Shown: positions 11,982 through 21,045, counted from the stretch's first letter. The stretch is 64,000 bases of DNA from Thermoguttaceae bacterium (GCA_039698075.1 JBDKTJ010000003.1:3101-67100); one strand, 5' to 3'. The notes: generated by a model from the letters alone, not told the origin. Program-made: numbers and translations.

Positions 11982-13307
11982 ATGTCCGACCTTACCGAAC
12001 AACTCGACCAGATCATGCCGACGTCGCTCATGGGCAGCGTTGCGCGGACGATCGGCACGACGATTTCCGCGTCGGATTTTCCGGCGCCGATCGGGGCCGT
12101 GGCGGAAATCCAACGGCAGTCGGGCGATCCGTTGACGGCCGAGGTCGTCGGTTTTCGCGACGATTTGACCGTGCTGTATCCGTTGAGCCGATTCGACGGC
12201 GTGCGGCGAGGCAACCGCGTTCGTCTGGTCCGCACTGCGAGGTGGTTGCGCGTGGGTGACGAGTTGCTGGGCCGGGTGATCGACGCCGAGGGCCGCCCGA
12301 TCGACGGTCGTCCGTTGCCGGCGCTCGACCAGCGCGTCTCGCTGCAACAATCGCCGCCCGATCCGTGCGCCCGACCGCGCATCGACGAGCCGCTTTCGAC
12401 CGGCGTCCGCGCGATCGACGGTCTGTTGACGTGCGGCAAAGGTCAGCGGATGGGCATTTTTTCCGGCTCCGGCGTCGGCAAGAGCACGCTGCTGGGCATG
12501 ATGGCCCGCTACAGCTCGGCCGACGTGATCGTCATTGCGTTGATCGGCGAGCGCGGCCGAGAAGTCAATCAGTTCATCGAGCGCGATCTCGGGCCCGAGG
12601 GCTTGGCCAAGAGCGTGGTCGTCGTGGCCACGAGCGATCAGCCGGCGCTCACGCGAACCCAAGCGGCGCAGACCGCCACGGCCGTGGCCGAGCATTTTCG
12701 CGATCGCGGCAAGGATGTGTTGTTGTTGATGGATTCGCTGACGCGGTTTGCGTTGGCCCAACGCGAGATCGGACTGGCGGCCGGCGAGCCGCCGACGACG
12801 CGCGGATTTACGCCCTCGGTGTTCGCCGCGTTGCCGAGACTGGTCGAACGGACCGGTCGAAGCGCGTCGGGCAGCATCACCGCATTTTATTCCGTGCTGG
12901 TCGAAGCGGACGATCCGAACGAGCCGATCAGCGACGCCGTTCGCGGATTGTTGGACGGCCACACCTGGCTTTCGCGTCATCTGGCGTCGCGCGGCCATTA
13001 TCCGGCCATCGACGTGCTGGAAAGCATCAGCCGTTTGACGCCGGACGTGGTCGACTCGGAACAGTTGCAGGCGATTCACGCGATTCGCGCCATGCTCGGG
13101 GCGCACCGCGATCATCAGGATTTGATTTCGATCGGCGCGTATCGCCGCGGCAGCAACCGGACCGTCGACGCCGCGATCGAGTTGCAGGAGGCGTTGAACG
13201 AGTACCTGCGTCAACCGATCGGGCGGCCCGCCTCGCTGGCCGAGGCCCGGCGCGAATTGCTCGAACTTTTCGATCGATACCAAACGTTGCTCGAACCGTC
13301 CGAATAA
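11982..13307 (+). CDS. fliI: Flagellum-specific ATPase FliI
   Basis: 441 aa with Walker A GSGVGKSTLLGMM, Walker B VLLLMDSLTR and the F1/T3SS ATPase fold pattern. Confidence 0.95.
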   Translation: MSDLTEQLDQIMPTSLMGSVARTIGTTISASDFPAPIGAVAEIQRQSGDPLTAEVVGFRDDLTVLYPLSRFDGVRRGNRVRLVRTARWLRVGDELLGRVIDAEGRPIDGRPLPALDQRVSLQQSPPDPCARPRIDEPLSTGVRAIDGLLTCGKGQRMGIFSGSGVGKSTLLGMMARYSSADVIVIALIGERGREVNQFIERDLGPEGLAKSVVVVATSDQPALTRTQAAQTATAVAEHFRDRGKDVLLLMDSLTRFALAQREIGLAAGEPPTTRGFTPSVFAALPRLVERTGRSASGSITAFYSVLVEADDPNEPISDAVRGLLDGHTWLSRHLASRGHYPAIDVLESISRLTPDVVDSEQLQAIHAIRAMLGAHRDHQDLISIGAYRRGSNRTVDAAIELQEALNEYLRQPIGRPASLAEARRELLELFDRYQTLLEPSE

Positions 13308-13310
13308 ACG

Positions 13311-13787
13311 ATGCTCAAGTTTCAATTTCGACTGGCCACGCTGCAAAAACTCCGCGAGATTGCCCGCGACGAGCGACGCACGCAATTGGCCGAGTCGCAA
13401 CGGGCCGACGCCGCATTGGAGCACGAGCAGGCGGAAGTCGACGCCGAACGGGGTCGGTTGCAGGGCGAATGCCGCGCGATCGGCGGGCCAGGCCGCTTGG
13501 ATCTTCCGCGATTGGCCGAGGTCCAGCGTTACGCCGAATCGCTGCGACGCGACGCCGAATCGCTCGAACGCCAACGGCGGTCGCTGGCCGTCGAAATCGA
13601 GCGGCGGCGGCTTGCCACGATCGAAGCCGACCGGGACGTCCGATCGCTTGAAAAACTGCGTGAGCATCAATGGGCGGCCCATCGCCAGATCGAAGAGCGT
13701 CAAACCGTCAAGCGGCTCGACGAGTCCGCCGCGAGGGCCGTCGCAGTCGCCCGGTCGTCGCAGGACGACGACGAAACCCCTCATTGA
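13311..13787 (+). CDS. fliJ: Flagellar export chaperone-like protein FliJ
   Basis: 158-aa coiled-coil protein (MLKFQFRLATLQKLREIARDE...) starting 3 nt after fliI. Confidence 0.75.
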   Translation: MLKFQFRLATLQKLREIARDERRTQLAESQRADAALEHEQAEVDAERGRLQGECRAIGGPGRLDLPRLAEVQRYAESLRRDAESLERQRRSLAVEIERRRLATIEADRDVRSLEKLREHQWAAHRQIEERQTVKRLDESAARAVAVARSSQDDDETPH

Positions 13788-13880
13788 TCTCTAGGTAGCC
13801 CATGAACCGTTCCATACACATTAGCCTAGGCATCAATAAACAAGCGTTTTATCGGTCCCGCGCGTGAGGAGCATTTTTTT

Positions 13881-14234
13881 ATGGCCCACGAACCCATCCC
13901 CGAACGAACGTCGAGCGACGCCGGACCGGCGTGCGGCGCGACGCCTTGTCGTTGGGAGCGATTCGATGGCGAGCCGGCGATCCGCCCGGCCGATGCGGTC
14001 GAGTCGGACGACCCGACGCCGATTTCCGTACGGATCGAGTTCGGACGCGCCCGACCGCGACGCGACGAGGTGCAAAAATTGCGCGTCGGGGACATCGTGC
14101 CGCTGGACAACCACGCCACGGATCTGGTCGGGGTATACGCCAACGGGCGGCTGGTGGCCCGGGGCGAGCCGCTGGTCGTCGACGGACGGATCGGCGTCCG
14201 CGTGGTCGAGTTGATCTCCCCGGTCGAACCCTGA
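13881..14234 (+). CDS. fliN: Flagellar motor switch protein FliN (SpoA domain)
   Basis: 117 aa. The C-terminal ...LRVGDIVPLDNHATDLVGVYANGRLVARGEPLVVDGRIGVRVVELI matches the FliN/SpoA pattern. Confidence 0.85.
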   Translation: MAHEPIPERTSSDAGPACGATPCRWERFDGEPAIRPADAVESDDPTPISVRIEFGRARPRRDEVQKLRVGDIVPLDNHATDLVGVYANGRLVARGEPLVVDGRIGVRVVELISPVEP

Positions 14235-14254
14235 ACGAAAAAAGGAATCAGGCC

Positions 14255-14764
14255 ATGCGACGTTGGATGATGGTGGTCGGACTGGTGATGGTTGCGGTTG
14301 GCGCGGCTCGATGGTCGGCGGCGGACGCCGCGCCGTTGTCGTCCGACGCGCAGCCCGCGACACTGCAATCGTCGGACGCCATGCCGTTGAAACCGCACGA
14401 CGCCGCACGCGACGAACCGGCCAAACGGCCGAACTTTTTTTCACCGGTCACGATCGGCGGCAGCTTGGCGCTGGTCCTTGGGATTTTTTTGGCGTTGGTT
14501 TGGTTGATCCGCCGCGCGGCGCCGGGCCGAATCGGTCCGTTGCCGACCGAGGTGTTCGAGACGCTCGGACGGGCGCCGCTGGCCAATCGCCAACAGGCGC
14601 AGTTGATTCGGTGCGGTCCCAAGCTGCTGCTGGCGGCCATTTCGATGACCGACGCCCGGCCGCTGCTTGAAATTGATGATCCCGAAGAGGTCGAGCGTCT
14701 GACGATGCTGTGTCGCTCGGGCCGATTGCAGACCCCGCTGCGTCGAACGGAGAACCGCCGATGA
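14255..14764 (+). CDS. fliO: Flagellar biosynthesis protein FliO
   Basis: ATG 14255 ([11 protein letters not shown]...), a single [17 protein letters not shown], and a C-terminal ...[22 protein letters not shown]. Its stop overlaps the fliP start as ATGA. Confidence 0.7.
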   Translation: MRRWMMVVGLVMVAVGAARWSAADAAPLSSDAQPATLQSSDAMPLKPHDAARDEPAKRPNFFSPVTIGGSLALVLGIFLALVWLIRRAAPGRIGPLPTEVFETLGRAPLANRQQAQLIRCGPKLLLAAISMTDARPLLEIDDPEEVERLTMLCRSGRLQTPLRRTENRR

Positions 14765-15564
14765 TGGGCCGTTGGATGCCAATGCTCTGTTTGTTCGGGT
14801 GCCTGCTGTTCGTCGCGGTTGCGCGGGCGGATGAGTCGAACGCCGCGCCGGCCAATCAACCGCTGTCGGTCGGACTGCCCGACGGATTGGCCGCCGGTCC
14901 GAAAGGTTGGACCAGTCCCGAGGGGCTCGGTTCGACGTTGCAGATGATGCTGTTGCTGACCGTGTTGAGTCTGGCGCCGGCGGCGTTGCTGATGACCACC
15001 TGTTTTGTCCGCATCGTGGTGGTGCTGAGCCTGCTGCGGCAAGCGCTCGGAACGCAGAATCTTCCGCCGACGCAGGTGATCACCACGCTGGCGTTGTTCT
15101 TGACGCTGCTGATTATGAGTCCGGCGTGGAAACAAGTGTACGATAGCGCAGTCGTTCCGTACACGCAGCATCGGATCGACGCCCAACAGGCGTGGACGAC
15201 CGGCGTCGCGCCGATCCGTCGCTTCATGAGCGCGCAGATTGAAAACACGAAGAACACCGAGGACGTGTGGCTGTTTTTGAACTACCTGCCGCATCGCGCC
15301 GCGCCGGCCAGCTACGACGATGTGCCGCTGCAAGCCCTGCTGCCGGCGTTTATGCTGAGCGAACTGAAGACGGCCTTTTTGATCGGGTTTACGATTTTTC
15401 TTCCGTTTTTGATTCTCGACATGGTCGTGGCCAGCGTCATGGTGTCGATGAGCATGTTGATGGTTCCACCGGCGTTGGTGTCGCTGCCATTGAAGTTGCT
15501 GTTGTTCGTTCTGGTCGACGGCTGGCGTCTGGTCGTCGGAATGCTTTTGCAGAGTTTCCAGTAA
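14761..15564 (+). CDS. fliP: Flagellar export apparatus protein FliP
   Basis: Signal-like N-terminus and conserved [32 protein letters not shown]... and [27 protein letters not shown]. Start chosen at ATG 14761. Confidence 0.9.
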   Translation: MMGRWMPMLCLFGCLLFVAVARADESNAAPANQPLSVGLPDGLAAGPKGWTSPEGLGSTLQMMLLLTVLSLAPAALLMTTCFVRIVVVLSLLRQALGTQNLPPTQVITTLALFLTLLIMSPAWKQVYDSAVVPYTQHRIDAQQAWTTGVAPIRRFMSAQIENTKNTEDVWLFLNYLPHRAAPASYDDVPLQALLPAFMLSELKTAFLIGFTIFLPFLILDMVVASVMVSMSMLMVPPALVSLPLKLLLFVLVDGWRLVVGMLLQSFQ

Positions 15565-15566
15565 AT

Positions 15567-15663
15567 GAGGGATTGGGGATTAGATACAACCGCGGAAAAC
15601 CAAACGTGGTGCGATGTGATTGAAACTACCCCGACCCCCGCGTCCCCTAATCCCTAATCCCTC
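15567..15663 (+). repeat. Inverted repeat (17-bp stem, 63-nt loop) in the fliP-fliQ spacer, built from the CTAATCC heptad motif
   Basis: GAGGGATTGGGGATTAG (15567-15583) pairs with CTAATCCCTAATCCCTC (15647-15663). They are complementary except for one G.U position. The 3' arm ends 9 nt before the fliQ ATG. Confidence 0.85.
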
Positions 15664-15672
15664 CCGCCTCCC

Positions 15673-15939
15673 ATGGACCAACAAACCGCCGTTGAACTGG
15701 GCCGCCAAGCGTTTTGGACGATGCTGTTGATCGGTTCGCCGGTGTTGGCCGCGGGCCTGATCGTTGGGCTGGTGATTGGACTGTTGCAGGCGCTCACGCA
15801 AATCCAAGAGCAAACCGTGGCCTTCGTTCCGAAAATCATCGTCATGTTGCTGGTTCTCAGCGCGACGCTGCCGTGGCTGATCGCGCAAATGGTTCAATAC
15901 ACCCACGACCTGATCGCCGGTATTCCGGGTCGGTGGTGA
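15673..15939 (+). CDS. fliQ: Flagellar export apparatus protein FliQ
   Basis: 88-aa two-TM protein of the FliQ/HrpO family type, positioned between fliP and fliR. Confidence 0.9.
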   Translation: MDQQTAVELGRQAFWTMLLIGSPVLAAGLIVGLVIGLLQALTQIQEQTVAFVPKIIVMLLVLSATLPWLIAQMVQYTHDLIAGIPGRW

Positions 15940-16002
15940 GCTGTCGCCAACGGCCATGCGTGGTGTTGCCGTTTTTTGTCACGTTCGGTTCTCCGCGATT
16001 TT

Positions 16003-16791
16003 ATGATGACGCACGCTGCCGGTCTTATCTTGCTGTCGCTCGTGTTCGCCCGGGTCGGCGGATTGACGATGACCGCGCCGATTTTCGGCGGGGCGGCCGT
16101 GCCGATGCAAGTTCGCGTGCTGCTGGCCGTCGCGTTGACCGCGCTGGTCGCGCCGCTGCAATGGAATGCGGCTTTCGTCTCGCCCGGCGGCCCGGCGGAT
16201 TACGCCGTCCTGCTGGGCAGCGAGGCCGTGGTCGGCGTTTGCCTCGGGCTCGGCGTTCTGATCCTCGTCCACGGCATGACGCTGGCCGGTCAGTTGATCG
16301 GCGCCGCCAGCGGACTGACCGTGGCCGACGTGTTCGACCCGTCGTTGGACGAGAACGTGCCGCTGTTTTCTCGACTGTTCTTTCTGCTGGCCGTCGCGAT
16401 TTTTTTCTGCGTCGGCGGACATCGGATGGTCATGGCGGGCCTTTTGGACACGTTTCGGACGATCCCGCCCGGCGGCGCGACGTTTTCCCGGTCGATCGTC
16501 GATGGATTCGTGACCTTGGCAGGCCAGAGTTTCGCCTTGGCCGTGCGGGCCTCCGCGCCGGTCGTGACGGCGTTGTTGCTAGCGACCTTGACGCTGGGGC
16601 TCGTCGGACGTACCCTGCCGCAGTTGAATGTGTTGAGCCTCGGGTTCGGCGTGAACGCCCTGCTGGCCTTCGCAGCGCTGAGCATCACGTTGGGAACGGC
16701 GGCCGTGGCGTGGGCTGATCAAATCGAACCGGCATTGGATACGCTTTTGGAATGTCTTCAGACACCGATTTCCAAAGAATGGCTTTTTTAG
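16003..16791 (+). CDS. fliR: Flagellar export apparatus protein FliR
   Basis: Polytopic membrane protein (LILLSLVFARVGGLTMTAPIFGG...). Start chosen at ATGATG 16003. The track ORF starts at 15976. Confidence 0.85.
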   Translation: MMTHAAGLILLSLVFARVGGLTMTAPIFGGAAVPMQVRVLLAVALTALVAPLQWNAAFVSPGGPADYAVLLGSEAVVGVCLGLGVLILVHGMTLAGQLIGAASGLTVADVFDPSLDENVPLFSRLFFLLAVAIFFCVGGHRMVMAGLLDTFRTIPPGGATFSRSIVDGFVTLAGQSFALAVRASAPVVTALLLATLTLGLVGRTLPQLNVLSLGFGVNALLAFAALSITLGTAAVAWADQIEPALDTLLECLQTPISKEWLF

Positions 16792-16823
16792 TCCCATAAA
16801 AATGGATAGCGAAACAGTCTTTT

Positions 16824-16840
16824 CTAATCCCTAATCCCTC
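16824..16840 (+). repeat. CTAATCCCTAATCCCTC motif copy 6 nt upstream of the flhB ATG
   Basis: This 17-mer is identical to 15647-15663. Confidence 0.85.
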
Positions 16841-16846
16841 TTTCCC

Positions 16847-17608
16847 ATGGCCGAGTACGCCGGCGAAAAAACGCTCGACCCGACCCCGCACCGTCGCCAA
16901 CAGGCGCGGCGCGAAGGGCATGTGGCCAAGAGCCAGGAGTTGGGCTCGGCCGCCGTGCTGTTGGCGGGCATTGCGCTGCTGATGGTTTTGGGCGGCGGAT
17001 TGGCGGGCTTTTTGGCCGACTATTGCCGCACCCAACTCGGCGGCGAACCTTGCCTGTCGATCAGCGCCGAGGGCGTGGTGGATCAGTGGAACGCAACGCT
17101 TTGGTCGCTCGGCCGTTGGATGGCGCCGATCCTCGGGCTGCTTTTTTTGACTGGCGTGGCGATCCACGTGCTTCAAGTTGGATTTTTGTTCCTGCCACAA
17201 CGACTCGGATTCGACCCCACCCGGCTCGACCCGATTCGCGGATTGCAGCGGATTTTTTCCGGCGCGAATCTGGTCCGCCTGGGCATGGGGCTTTTGAAAC
17301 TTGCGATTCTCCTGGGCGTGGCGTCGGTGGTGCTTTACGGCCAACGCGAGGAGATTCTGTCGCTCAGCAGCCTAGCGCCGGCGCCGTTGGCTCAACAAGT
17401 GACGCATATCCTGCTGAACACGGCCCTGAAGCTCGGCGCGGCCTTGTTGGTCTTGGCGCTGTTGGATTACGCCTATCAATGGTGGCGGCACGAGCAGGAC
17501 CTCAAGATGACGCCGCAAGAATTGCGTGAGGAACTGCAAAATCTCGAAGGCAATCCGCAAGTTCTCGCCCGGCGAAAACAGATGCAGCGCGAACTGGCGA
17601 AGAAATGA
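16847..17608 (+). CDS. flhB: FlhB, N-terminal transmembrane part plus linker only; the C-terminal NPTH switch domain is absent
   Basis: 253 aa. Starts MAEYAGEKTLDPTPHRRQQARREGHVAKSQEL (FlhB-type), has 4 TM segments, and ends ...MTPQELREELQNLEGNPQVLARRKQMQRELAKK*. A convergent gene ends 7 nt downstream. Confidence 0.85.
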   Translation: MAEYAGEKTLDPTPHRRQQARREGHVAKSQELGSAAVLLAGIALLMVLGGGLAGFLADYCRTQLGGEPCLSISAEGVVDQWNATLWSLGRWMAPILGLLFLTGVAIHVLQVGFLFLPQRLGFDPTRLDPIRGLQRIFSGANLVRLGMGLLKLAILLGVASVVLYGQREEILSLSSLAPAPLAQQVTHILLNTALKLGAALLVLALLDYAYQWWRHEQDLKMTPQELREELQNLEGNPQVLARRKQMQRELAKK

Positions 17609-17615
17609 CCCACGG

Positions 17616-18845
17616 TCACGCTTCGTATCCGTACCGCTCGGCGTATTTTTTCCACCGCCGACCGATCTCGGCTTTCATCTCGGGCGTGATTTCGTAGCGA
17701 TTGGTCCGATAGTTCTTTTGACCGGCGAAATAGGCCTCGACGCCGGGCCGAGCGGCCTCGAAGTCGCCCAGATCCAACTCCTGATACACCCGCCGCATCT
17801 CGCCGAGCGGATCGGCCACGAGTTGCTCGTAACGGACTTCGCAAAACTGGCCCTTGCCCAACAAATCGCGATCCCGATCGAAGGCGTCGTACATCCGAGT
17901 CAGCGTTTGGAACACCTGCTCGTCGAGCCCCTCGCATTTCGGCGCCTGCAATCCCTGATCGCGATAGAGCCGTCGCCAAAGGTTCACGGTCGAGGGGAAA
18001 AGAATCCGCGGGTCACGAACGATGTGAACGAACTTCGCCCGCGGAAACATCTCCAGCAAAACGCGAATCCGCGCGGTGTGCGGCGGCGACTTCAACACGA
18101 TCCGCTTCGGATCGCGCAACGTCAGGCACTTCAGAAACCAAAGGAATTGGCTCTTCCAACGATGCAACGCCGACGCCGACACGCCGCGGAAATCGAGATA
18201 CTCCTGATATTGCGGCGGACGATTTGAAAAAACCGCCGTCAGATACGGCGACGGCAGACCCATGTTGCACAAGGCAAACTCGTCCTCTTGCGGATGACTC
18301 CACCCGGCCGGCATGTTGTCGATCGGCCGCTGCGTCGGCAGAAGCACCTGCAACCACGGCTTCATCCACCAACCGGACACCAAAAAATGGTTCGGCGCGA
18401 AACAATCGTACGTGTCGGGATACGTGTGGCGCGGATCGCGCACCAACAACTCATGCAGCAGCGTGGTGCCGGAGCGCCAGTGTCCGATCACGAAAATCGG
18501 GTCGTAGTCGATCCGCGTCCGCTCGATTTTCCGACGGTAGAAAAAAATCTGGATCAGCCAGAGGAAGGAATTGAAAAAGCTCAGGCCCGCGATAATCAAG
18601 GCCATCGCGATGCGGGACGGCGCCACGGCGAACCGATTGCGCCACAGCAGCGAAAACCAGCCGATCACGCCGATGCCGTCCCAAAAACGCGGGATCCAAA
18701 ACCGATCCTTGTAGCCGCCTTTCTGCGAGGCGTCGGGCTTGTCGGCCTTGCCCTTGCCTTGGACGGAACCTGAAGGCGGAGACAAATGGCCTTTTGACTT
18801 TCTCTCTAAACACTCAGAACTACCCAGATTAACCATTCGATCCAT
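17616..18845 (-). CDS. Membrane-anchored sulfotransferase family protein
   Basis: 409 aa with N-terminal TM helices, then a PAPS-binding-like motif IGHWRSGTTLLHELL and the later KSPPHTARIRVL. Confidence 0.75.
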   Translation of the reverse strand: MDRMVNLGSSECLERKSKGHLSPPSGSVQGKGKADKPDASQKGGYKDRFWIPRFWDGIGVIGWFSLLWRNRFAVAPSRIAMALIIAGLSFFNSFLWLIQIFFYRRKIERTRIDYDPIFVIGHWRSGTTLLHELLVRDPRHTYPDTYDCFAPNHFLVSGWWMKPWLQVLLPTQRPIDNMPAGWSHPQEDEFALCNMGLPSPYLTAVFSNRPPQYQEYLDFRGVSASALHRWKSQFLWFLKCLTLRDPKRIVLKSPPHTARIRVLLEMFPRAKFVHIVRDPRILFPSTVNLWRRLYRDQGLQAPKCEGLDEQVFQTLTRMYDAFDRDRDLLGKGQFCEVRYEQLVADPLGEMRRVYQELDLGDFEAARPGVEAYFAGQKNYRTNRYEITPEMKAEIGRRWKKYAERYGYEA

Positions 18846-18990
18846 CCTTCCAAATCATGATCGCTATCGTACCAAATTCGGCATCGGCATGACAGGCCAC
18901 GGGAATCGAGGTTGTCCAAACCGACCTGGACACTTTACCGGGTTTCATGTACCTTCCCGCTTCTTCTCTGACCCCCCAAGGGAGCAACCG

Positions 18991-21045
18991 ATGGTCGCGA
19001 CGTCCGCGCCGCATTCGGCGACGTCGGGTTTTTGGACCCGAGTCCAGGAATTGATCCTGCCGATCGCCATGATCGCCAGCGTACTGGTGATTATGGCGCC
19101 GCTGCCGGCTGGGTTGATGGACTTGCTGCTTTCGGCCAACATCACCATCGCGGTGATTATGCTCCTGACGACGATTTACGTGCGGACTCCCCTGGAGTTC
19201 AACATTTTTCCGTCGTTGCTTCTGACCACCACGTTGTTCCGACTGGCGTTGAACGTGGCCACGACGCGATTGATTTTGACCCGGGCCAATCAAGACGGAC
19301 TGCTGGCAGCCGGCGGCGTGGTGCGCACCTTCGGCGAGTTCGTCACCGGCGGCGCGGCCGGAACGGACAAAGTGGTCGTCGGGCTGATCATTTTCGCGAT
19401 TATCGTGTTGATCCAATTTGTGGTCATCACGAAAGGCGCCACGCGCATCAGCGAGGTGGCCGCACGGTTCACGCTCGACGGCATGCCAGGCCGGCAGATG
19501 GCCATCGACGCCGACTTGAGCGCGGGCGTCATCAACGAACGTGAGGCCCAGCGACGCCGGCAGGAAGTCACGCAGCAAGCGGATTTCTTCGGCGCGATGG
19601 ACGGCGCCAGCAAGTTCGTCCGAGGCGACGCCATCGCGGGATTGGCCATCATTCTGATCAACATCGTCGGCGGTTTGACGCTCGGGCTGGTCCGCTACGA
19701 TATGCGTTTGGACCAGGCCGCGTCGCTGTTCACCACGTTGACGATCGGCGACGGACTGGTCACGCAGGTGCCGGCGCTGCTGATTTCTCTGGCGGCGGGC
19801 CTGTTGGTCACGCGAAGCAGTCAGGAGAGCAATTTGCCGAGGGAGTTTTTGCGGCAATTGTTTTCGCGTCCGATGGCGTTGGCCGTCGCCGGCGGTTTTT
19901 TGGCCATTCTGACGCTGACGAGCCTGCCGCGCGTTCCGCTTTTGTTGTTGGGCGCCGCCTGTGCGGGCATGGCGATTGCGCTTTCGCGGCGCGAGACTCG
20001 GGCGCAAGCGGTCGCGGCGGTCAAAAAACAGGCCGAAGTGGCCAAAACCGCCGAGCGCGTGGAAGACTATTTGACCGTCGATCCGATGGAACTCGAATTG
20101 GGCCTGGGCCTGATCCGATTGGCCGATCGCAAGCGCGGCGGCGATCTGTTGGACCGCGTGCAACGAATCCGTCAGACGCTCGCCTCGCAAATCGGCATCC
20201 TTCTGCCGAAAGTTCGCATCCGCGACAACTTGCGACTCGAGCCGACCCAGTACCGCATCAAAATCGCCGACATGGCCGTGGCCCAGGGCACGATCGACGC
20301 CGCATCCGGCGAGTCGACGCTCACGATCGCCACGCACCTGAGCGAAACGGTCCGCCAACACGCCGATGAGCTGCTCACACGCGACGCCGTCAAACACCTG
20401 CTCGACGAATTGCGGCAAACCTCGCCGGCCGTGGTCGACGAGTTGATTCCCGGCGTGATGCGGCTTGGCGAGGTCCAGCAAGTGCTGCAATGTCTGCTGC
20501 GCGAGGGCGTGCCGATCCGCCAGCTTGGGCCCATCCTGGAAACGCTGGGCGATTTCGCCTCGAAAACCAAAGATCCCTGGACGCTGACCGAGCATGTTCG
20601 AGCCCGACTGGCCCGGACCCTTTCAACCCGCTACCGCGACGCCGACCATCGGTTGCGCGTCGTCACGCTCGATCCGGCGTTGGAAGAACACCTCCGCGAC
20701 GCCTCGGAGCCAACCGACGAAGGGCCCGCCGTTCGGCTGCCGCCCGCCGAAACGGACGCGATCTGCCAATCCATCGGCGTCGCCATCGAAAAACTCCAGT
20801 CGGCCGGCCAACCGCCGGTCGTGCTGGTCAGTCCGGCGATTCGTCCCGTCGTCCGACAACTGACCGCCGCGCGGCTTCCGCAATTGGTGGTGCTCAGCTA
20901 CGCGGAAATCACGCGCGACACGAAAATCGAGTCGGCCGGCATGGCGTCGGTCGAGATCGGCCGCGTGCCGTCGCCGCATTTTCGCAAAGCGGGACAGGTC
21001 GCCCATCGGTCCCGAAACGACGAACCCCTTCACAATCTATCCTAA
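18991..21045 (+). CDS. flhA: Flagellar export apparatus protein FlhA
   Basis: FHIPEP-type N-terminus (ILPIAMIASVLVIMAPLPAGLMDLLLSANI...), ITKGATRISEVAARFTLDGMPGRQMAIDADL, and a large cytoplasmic C-domain. Start chosen at ATG 18991, preceded by GGGAG. The track ORF starts at 18739. Confidence 0.92.
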   Translation: MVATSAPHSATSGFWTRVQELILPIAMIASVLVIMAPLPAGLMDLLLSANITIAVIMLLTTIYVRTPLEFNIFPSLLLTTTLFRLALNVATTRLILTRANQDGLLAAGGVVRTFGEFVTGGAAGTDKVVVGLIIFAIIVLIQFVVITKGATRISEVAARFTLDGMPGRQMAIDADLSAGVINEREAQRRRQEVTQQADFFGAMDGASKFVRGDAIAGLAIILINIVGGLTLGLVRYDMRLDQAASLFTTLTIGDGLVTQVPALLISLAAGLLVTRSSQESNLPREFLRQLFSRPMALAVAGGFLAILTLTSLPRVPLLLLGAACAGMAIALSRRETRAQAVAAVKKQAEVAKTAERVEDYLTVDPMELELGLGLIRLADRKRGGDLLDRVQRIRQTLASQIGILLPKVRIRDNLRLEPTQYRIKIADMAVAQGTIDAASGESTLTIATHLSETVRQHADELLTRDAVKHLLDELRQTSPAVVDELIPGVMRLGEVQQVLQCLLREGVPIRQLGPILETLGDFASKTKDPWTLTEHVRARLARTLSTRYRDADHRLRVVTLDPALEEHLRDASEPTDEGPAVRLPPAETDAICQSIGVAIEKLQSAGQPPVVLVSPAIRPVVRQLTAARLPQLVVLSYAEITRDTKIESAGMASVEIGRVPSPHFRKAGQVAHRSRNDEPLHNLS

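Noticed and set aside
11961-13784. 607-aa minus-strand ORF and 428-aa plus-strand off-frame ORF over fliI and fliJ
   Set aside because: They overlap the motif-rich FliI frame (Walker A/B). Both have Arg/Gly-dominated composition and no domain signatures.
15577-15587. GGATTAGATAC, identical to part of the universal 16S rRNA 785-806 region
   Set aside because: The match is only 11 nt and there is no flanking rRNA similarity. It is part of the heptad inverted repeat, not an rRNA fragment.
17609-17700. Possible read-through or frameshift continuation of flhB past its TGA
   Set aside because: The in-frame read-through sequence, PTVTLRIRTARRIFSTADRSRLSSRA, ends after 26 codons and has no FlhB-C (NPTH) similarity. 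I also recognised no FlhB-C-like sequence by eye in the other downstream frames, and the region encodes the convergent sulfotransferase C-terminus.
18829-20595. 588-aa minus-strand ORF opposite flhA
   Set aside because: It is antisense to FlhA, has an Arg/Gly/Gln-rich translation, and no domain signature.
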